Assembly (NCBI GenBank): GCA_963664115.2
Contig: CAXWPJ010000002.1
Coordinates: 800,001-864,000, forward strand
From: Terriglobia bacterium
GTDB taxonomy: Bacteria; Acidobacteriota; Terriglobia; 20CM-2-55-15
Direction of reading: 5' to 3'
Length of the DNA stretch: 64,000 nt
The translations under genes were made by a program, and so were the position numbers. Below the pieces are notes generated by a model. It was given only the letters and a program-made list of their open reading frames with translations. It searched no databases and was not told the DNA's origin. The stretch's first letter is position 1. Each line of letters starts with the position of its first letter. Positions 58,827 to 64,000 of the stretch are shown piece by piece.

Positions 58827-59645
58827 ATGATGCGACTATCTCCAAGTGCTCGTAGACGTTTGAGAGCGCAGACGATGGTGGCAGTGATCCTGGTCATGGC
58901 GTGGCCGATCGGCCTTTCTGCTCAGTGGATCAGTCTCCCCCTGCCGGACACGCCCCGCACCTCTGACGGGGCACCAGATCTGACGGCCCCGGCGCCGACC
59001 ACCGATGGCGGCCGACCTGATCTGACCGGCATTTGGAGGAGAGTCCGGGGTATCAACACGCCGCTCGAAAACCCGGCGCGCCTTCCTGGTCGAATGGAGT
59101 ATTTCCTGCCGCAGGACGAGGAGATCCCCTTGCGACCTGAAGGGGCCGCCCTTTATCAGGAACGCACGGATAACCTGGGAGGTGGAAGGCCATCCGAGCG
59201 GTGCCTGCCCCATGGGATCCCGGATGCGATGTTGTACGGCGGACCTATGAAGATCGTGCAAACTGAGAACCTCGCTATCATTCTCTTCGAGGCATTCACC
59301 AACTACAGACAGATTCATACGGACGGCCGATCCTTTCCTCAGAACGATCCGCAGCCGACCTGGTTCGGCTATTCCCTGGGGCGCTGGGACGGTGACACTT
59401 TTGTTGTCGAGACGATGGGCTTCAACGACAGGACATGGATGGACGATAGCGGCTTGCCTCACAGTGAGTCGTTGAAGACGACGGAGCGGTTTCGGCGTCG
59501 GGACTTCGGGCACATGGATCTCGAAATCACGTTCGACGATCCCGAATTGTACACAAGACCGTGGTTGGTCAATTTGGCCTTTGACCTTTGGCCTGATACA
59601 GAGTTGATTGAAAATATTTGTGAAAACGAGAAAGACGCAGGGTGA
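58827..59645 (+). CDS. Conserved secreted hypothetical protein (partner of DUF6152)
   Basis: AAGGAG RBS; PDLTGIW, RCLPHGIP, RQIHTDGR, GYSLGRWDGDTFVVET, ERFRR, DDP, ENICEN. Confidence 0.8.
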   Translation: MMRLSPSARRRLRAQTMVAVILVMAWPIGLSAQWISLPLPDTPRTSDGAPDLTAPAPTTDGGRPDLTGIWRRVRGINTPLENPARLPGRMEYFLPQDEEIPLRPEGAALYQERTDNLGGGRPSERCLPHGIPDAMLYGGPMKIVQTENLAIILFEAFTNYRQIHTDGRSFPQNDPQPTWFGYSLGRWDGDTFVVETMGFNDRTWMDDSGLPHSESLKTTERFRRRDFGHMDLEITFDDPELYTRPWLVNLAFDLWPDTELIENICENEKDAG

Positions 59646-59678
59646 CCGCCCGATGGCCAGCTGCGACAGGTCTCGTCT

Positions 59679-60431
59679 TTATGGTTCGGGTTCCGCGCCA
59701 GCGGCCATCAATATGTCTACGATATCGTCGTAGTATCTCTCGTCGGCGAAACCCAAAGCGGTCCGGCCATTGTTGAGTCGTGCGTTCACATCAGCCCCTG
59801 CATCGAGCAAAGCTTGCAGGGTTTCGGTATAACCGCCACCTGCCGCATTCATCAAGGCTGTCGCGCCACTATTGCCTGTTGCATTCACGTCGACCCCGGC
59901 ATCGAGCAGAGCTTGAACGGTTTCGGTGTGACCGCCACCTACCGCATCCATCAAGGCTGTCGCCCCCGTGTTGCCTGTTGCATTCACGTCGGCTCCCGCA
60001 CCGAGCAGGGCTTGGAGGGTTTCAGTGTGACCGCCAGCTGCCGCGTTCATCAAGACGGTCATTTCCAGGCCGACTCTCGCATTCACATCGGCCCCGGAAT
60101 CGAGCAGGGCTTGGAGGGTTTCGGTGTGACCGCCACCTGCCGCATTCGTCAAGGCTGTCACGCCATTGTCGCTTCTCGCATTCGCGTCGGCCCCGGCATC
60201 GAGCAAGGTCTGGAGGGTTTCGGTGTGACCGCCAAGCGCAGCAAACATTAATGTTGTCACGCCATTTTCGCTTCTCGCATTCACGTCGGCCCCGGCATCG
60301 AGCAGGGCCTGGACAGCGTTCGTGTCGCCATTTTCAGCAGCTCTGAACAACCCAATACCGGGATCATCCGCACAGGCTGTAAGCGAAAGCAGGAGGGACG
60401 TTATCAATACAGTTTTGGGCAGTCGTAGCAT
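59679..60431 (-). CDS. Ankyrin-repeat lipoprotein
   Basis: Lipobox LTAC then about 6-7 ANK repeats (GATALMNAAGGGHTETLQALLDAGADVNA); AGAGG RBS before MLRLPK. Confidence 0.9.
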   Translation of the reverse strand: MLRLPKTVLITSLLLSLTACADDPGIGLFRAAENGDTNAVQALLDAGADVNARSENGVTTLMFAALGGHTETLQTLLDAGADANARSDNGVTALTNAAGGGHTETLQALLDSGADVNARVGLEMTVLMNAAAGGHTETLQALLGAGADVNATGNTGATALMDAVGGGHTETVQALLDAGVDVNATGNSGATALMNAAGGGYTETLQALLDAGADVNARLNNGRTALGFADERYYDDIVDILMAAGAEPEP

Positions 60432-61122
60432 GAGGCCTCTCCTTAGCAGCCGGGGATATGAAATTCGCGCAAATTCTAAAGATCCAATACCTGGCCAACC
60501 GATCCCATCACGTCCATTAACTTCAAAGAACGCGCGGGTGGCCGGTGGTTCAGTCAGCTCACAGCCTGGGTCCCACGCTCTATCCGGCCCCGACGCTGAG
60601 GGTCTGCGCCCGGACGCTTGGAGAGTTCCCGATAGAGACTTCACGACCGGGTTTCGTGTCCTTTGCCGTTCGCCTTTCTCCCATGCCACTCTTTCCGCGG
60701 TTAGGACTGCGTCTCGTCATGTCCGAGTCTGGTACCGGATTCCGGTCGTTATAGTGCGTGTCGAAAGCAACTGTGAAAATCAGGCTAAATCTAACTACAG
60801 ATGGGATTTATACGCAAGAAAAGTCTCAATAATTGTATTTGATCCATGGTTATCCCAGCCCTTGCTTCGGTGCTTCAAATCAGACCTGCACGATGTTGAC
60901 TTTGTGCGAGCGCAAAGTGTCTCCAGTTTGAATCCATGCCGCCGGCCCAAAGGCCGGCATTTGTCGACCGCCGAGTGTTGGGCCTTAGTTGCGCCATTGG
61001 TTGGGATGTTCGCTTCCCCCTGCACACGAGGCGCCGAACGCCATGCCAGGTTCCTACGCTGCAATTTTTTGAACGTGTTAGATTCGCTTAAAGAACAACT
61101 CCAGTCCCGAGGGAAATGGATC

Positions 61123-62115
61123 ATGAGATTGATATTGCCGCTTATCGCCGTGAACATTCTGTGCGCCTTTTCTGCATCTGCGCATCACAGCCCTGCAAGT
61201 TTTAATATGGCATCAGTCGTGGCCATCCAGGGCAGGGTGAGTCGAGTCGACTGGGGAAACCCGCACGTCTATTTCGGCGTCGAGATCACGAACGATGCGG
61301 GTGAAGCACTGGAGTGGCTCGTTGAAACAGATCCAACGTCAATCTTGATCCGGAATGGTTGGACTGCGGAATCGTTGACGCCTGGGGACCGGATCACCTT
61401 GCGTGCCCATCCCGACAGGAATGCTCAACGGAACCATGCCTTACTCATATCCGTGGCAACTGAAAATGGTGTCGTCTTGACACCACGATCAAGCGGCGTA
61501 GAAACTGCGTCACCTGCCTCCAGTCTCTCGGGCGTGTGGGACGCCATGCGGGGATTCAGCCGAAGGCCGGCCATTGATGGCGTGTTGACCGAAAAGGGCA
61601 GGGTCGCGGATGCAGCCTTTAGCGAATTGGACAGCCCGGCAGCAAACTGTGTCCCGCACCCAGCGCCGTTTCTTCATGTCTTACCTTATTTGAACGAAAT
61701 CGAAGTGGGCGACGATACCGTGACAATTCGGAGTGAGTTCTTCAGGGTCGACCGGGTCGTGTATATGGACGGACGCGGACATCCCGCCAACGGCGTGCGT
61801 AGCAACCAGGGCCATTCGATCGGCTGGTGGGAGGACGACGTACTCGTCGTTGACACGACGCTTTTTGAGGACCATCGGACAGGCAATCGGACAGCCAATC
61901 TTCCGGGTGCACCCTCCGGAGCGCAGAAGCATGTCATTGAAAGATATGAGCTGAGCCCAGACGCGACTCGGCTTACCCTCACCTTCTCTGTTGAGGATCC
62001 TGAGTACCTGGCGGAACCGATGACCGGTAGTGTGGAATGGGACTATGCGCCGGGGTTCGAGTTATTGCGGTTCGACTGCGATCCTGAGATAGCGAGCCGC
62101 TATAGGTTTCAGTGA
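61123..62115 (+). CDS. DUF6152 fused to a domain homologous to the 58827-59645 protein
   Basis: Signal peptide + HHSPASF...WGNPH; C-terminal SGVWD, NCVPHP, RVVYMDGR, GHSIGWWEDDVLVVDT, ERY, EDPEY, FDCD. Confidence 0.82.
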   Translation: MRLILPLIAVNILCAFSASAHHSPASFNMASVVAIQGRVSRVDWGNPHVYFGVEITNDAGEALEWLVETDPTSILIRNGWTAESLTPGDRITLRAHPDRNAQRNHALLISVATENGVVLTPRSSGVETASPASSLSGVWDAMRGFSRRPAIDGVLTEKGRVADAAFSELDSPAANCVPHPAPFLHVLPYLNEIEVGDDTVTIRSEFFRVDRVVYMDGRGHPANGVRSNQGHSIGWWEDDVLVVDTTLFEDHRTGNRTANLPGAPSGAQKHVIERYELSPDATRLTLTFSVEDPEYLAEPMTGSVEWDYAPGFELLRFDCDPEIASRYRFQ

Positions 62116-62300
62116 TACTCGCCAGGCAACTTCAATACGTATTGGCACTTTTTAAGTCTTTCATTCCCGCCGGATGTTACCCCGCCCTACCCCAGAGGCA
62201 TTCAGCCAACACAAAGGCCACATCTCAAAAACATTTAGATCATTTTTTGATGAATGAAATAAGCGCTGAAATGGCTAAGCCGTATGTCACTGTTGCGCAC

Positions 62301-62540
62301 TCAGTTCACCCGATAATCGAGTTGTGGCGGCCGATCGCCGAGTAACGGACTATAGATAAAATCCGGGCTGACCCTCTGCCGATATTCGGATGTGGCACGT
62401 TCCAGAAGTGTCGAGTCCTCGAACAGATCGATGGCCGTCAGCGTCAGCGTCTTCGCTGCTACGAGCATGCCCTTGACTCCGATGCTGGTTCCTCCGGCAG
62501 CGATTGCTTGTCAGGAATGGGCAGCCGTGCCGGGGACCCA
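62301..62540 (-). pseudogene. C-terminal relic of an M20/AbgB-like amidohydrolase
   Basis: WVPGTAAHS*QAIAAGGTSIGVKGMLVAAKTLTLTAIDLFED...PLLGDRPPQLDYRVN*; in-frame TGA at 62511-62513 and no N-terminal part. Confidence 0.75.
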
Positions 62541-62692
62541 TAAACCTTGTCTGAACTTGAGAATCAGTCGCCCAACCCAGGCCCACTCAAGCTGTAATCG
62601 ACGTTCTCCAAATTGAACGACGTTCGTATGCAGCTAAATCGCCGGACAAAGCCTTGAGCGCGAATTTCCGGTCTCGACTGTGACAACCCGCC

Positions 62693-64000
62693 TTATTTGG
62701 CGAGTGGGTCGGGACGAAGCTGGAAGTGCATCACTTTGCTCGTCGTCCCTTTGCCGCCCTCCATGTGGAAGGGTGTCCGGGTGCTCACGGTCGACCAGAG
62801 TCCCTTGCCTTTCCAGCCGATGTTCGGATCGTCGATACGCCCATCCATCCATTTTGTATAGAACCCTAAGGGATAAGGGACGCGAAGAATGACCCATTCG
62901 CCGTCCTTGAGCGCCAGTAGTCCTCCGGACGCATTGCCCGTGTTGATCGGCACGTTTGCGCCCAGCCCGAGCGTATCGAACTGATCGACCCAGGTGTAAT
63001 AGCTGGACTCGGCGCTCCCGGAATCCGTGACCCCCTTCATTTGCGGTAGAGGCTCCGTATAGAAGGTCCACCCTTCCGGACAGTGTTGCCCGGTCGCCGC
63101 CGGCCCGTTTAGCGGTCCCTCGCATTTGCGACGATCAAAACTGGCAAGATGTCCGCTGGCCAGAGCGGCCCAATAGACACCGTTGCGGTCCACGTCTCCT
63201 CCACGGGGTGAAAATCCCTGAACGGGGACTTCCGGGCTGTCCAGGGGCAGCTCGTACACTTCCGCGAGCGCGGTCTCCGGCGGGTTCGTCCCCGGATCCA
63301 GCCGTACGACAGCGCCTGGAAAGTCGAGGGCCGTTCCCCAGACCGAGCCGTCGGGTGCCGGGGAAACGGCGTAGAAGGCCCGGCCGAATCGCGTGTCCTT
63401 GGCGGGATCGGGCGCTTCGTCGGGTTCTACATACGCGTCTCTCCGGCCGTTGCCGTTCGTGTCCATGATCAGGGCGGTCCAGCCCTGCGACCTCTGCTCA
63501 TCGCCGGTCTCCTCGAACATCCGGGTGTTCAACCAACCGACGACCTGGCCGCCACCGCTGGTCCAGAGCGTGTTGTCGGCGTCCTCGGCGAACATCAGGT
63601 GGTGTGTGCCGAAACAAGTACTGATATGGGTGAGCTGTTCAGTTTCCTGGTTGTACATGGCGAGGTGCCGTCGGGCGCCCTCGAGCGGGAACAACTCGGC
63701 CGACGGATGATCCGATCCTTCCCTGCAAAAGTCCGGATTATCGGAGGGGCGCACCGACGAGGTGATCCAGACCTGGCCTTTCTCGTCGATCATCGGATTG
63801 TGGACGTTGTTCTTGCTGTCCCAGAGAACCTCATCGCCCCAGTACGGCGAAGGCTCAGGCATCCTTGGCGATGTCGCCGGTGTCTCCGGGTCGCGGACTG
63901 TCAAGGCCGCCCGGCTTGCAGTGTGGGTCACCGGATCCAGAATGGGGAGATAGTCCGCGCTGAGTTCAAGCGCTCCGTATATGGGTCCGTAGGCATTGAC
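62693..64000 (-). CDS. Large conserved protein with a probable beta-propeller C-terminus (5' end outside the window)
   Basis: Open frame to the window edge; HNPMIDEKGQVW, TCFGTHHL, DTNGNG, YTWVDQF, GRIDDP-x2-GWKG, FQLRPDPLA. Confidence 0.8.
   Translation of the reverse strand, partial: VNAYGPIYGALELSADYLPILDPVTHTASRAALTVRDPETPATSPRMPEPSPYWGDEVLWDSKNNVHNPMIDEKGQVWITSSVRPSDNPDFCREGSDHPSAELFPLEGARRHLAMYNQETEQLTHISTCFGTHHLMFAEDADNTLWTSGGGQVVGWLNTRMFEETGDEQRSQGWTALIMDTNGNGRRDAYVEPDEAPDPAKDTRFGRAFYAVSPAPDGSVWGTALDFPGAVVRLDPGTNPPETALAEVYELPLDSPEVPVQGFSPRGGDVDRNGVYWAALASGHLASFDRRKCEGPLNGPAATGQHCPEGWTFYTEPLPQMKGVTDSGSAESSYYTWVDQFDTLGLGANVPINTGNASGGLLALKDGEWVILRVPYPLGFYTKWMDGRIDDPNIGWKGKGLWSTVSTRTPFHMEGGKGTTSKVMHFQLRPDPLAK

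Noticed and set aside
60322-61122. N-terminal 267 aa of the 597-aa ORF
   Set aside because: Overlaps the ankyrin gene and has no protein-like features. The real protein starts with a signal peptide at 61123.
62511-62513. Selenocysteine or Trp recoding of the in-frame TGA
   Set aside because: The position corresponds to Trp, not Cys; the gene is truncated; and many intact genes here end in TGA.

Overview
This is a GC-rich (roughly 60%) bacterial chromosomal window. Its gene content (DUF1592/DUF1552 cassette, DUF6152, DUF4159, Tat-exported molybdoenzyme, LptD) resembles Acidobacteriota, which is an inference. Layout: (1) 1-8 kb, an amidohydrolase and a DUF1592-DUF1552-MBL-ankyrin operon. (2) A complete IS1380-family element (8029-9876, CTAG target duplication) inserted in a decayed gene. 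(3) 10-19 kb, mixed accessory genes including a frameshifted alcohol dehydrogenase. (4) 19.2-32.4 kb, the most interesting region: opgG/opgH periplasmic-glucan genes next to an uncharacterised GTP-derived pathway (RibA fused to a Rib7-type reductase, an atypical Cys-less PTPS/QueD homolog, CDP-alcohol phosphotransferase, LtaS/sulfatase-fold membrane protein, GT4, two methyltransferases, an MDR dehydrogenase and a phosphatase), interrupted by a 263-bp MITE-like element with 27-bp perfect inverted ends. (5) A 2Fe-2S/molybdopterin oxidoreductase, B3-like MBL, DUF4159 pair, mgtE and a MacAB-type ABC system. (6) Housekeeping genes maf, selB, tatA (absent from the ORF track), rqcH, lptD, hemB and hemL. 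(7) A 21-bp VNTR and a DUF6152 module present both as two genes and as a fusion. No rRNA, tRNA or CRISPR array is supported. Family names come from motif recognition by eye, not from database searches.
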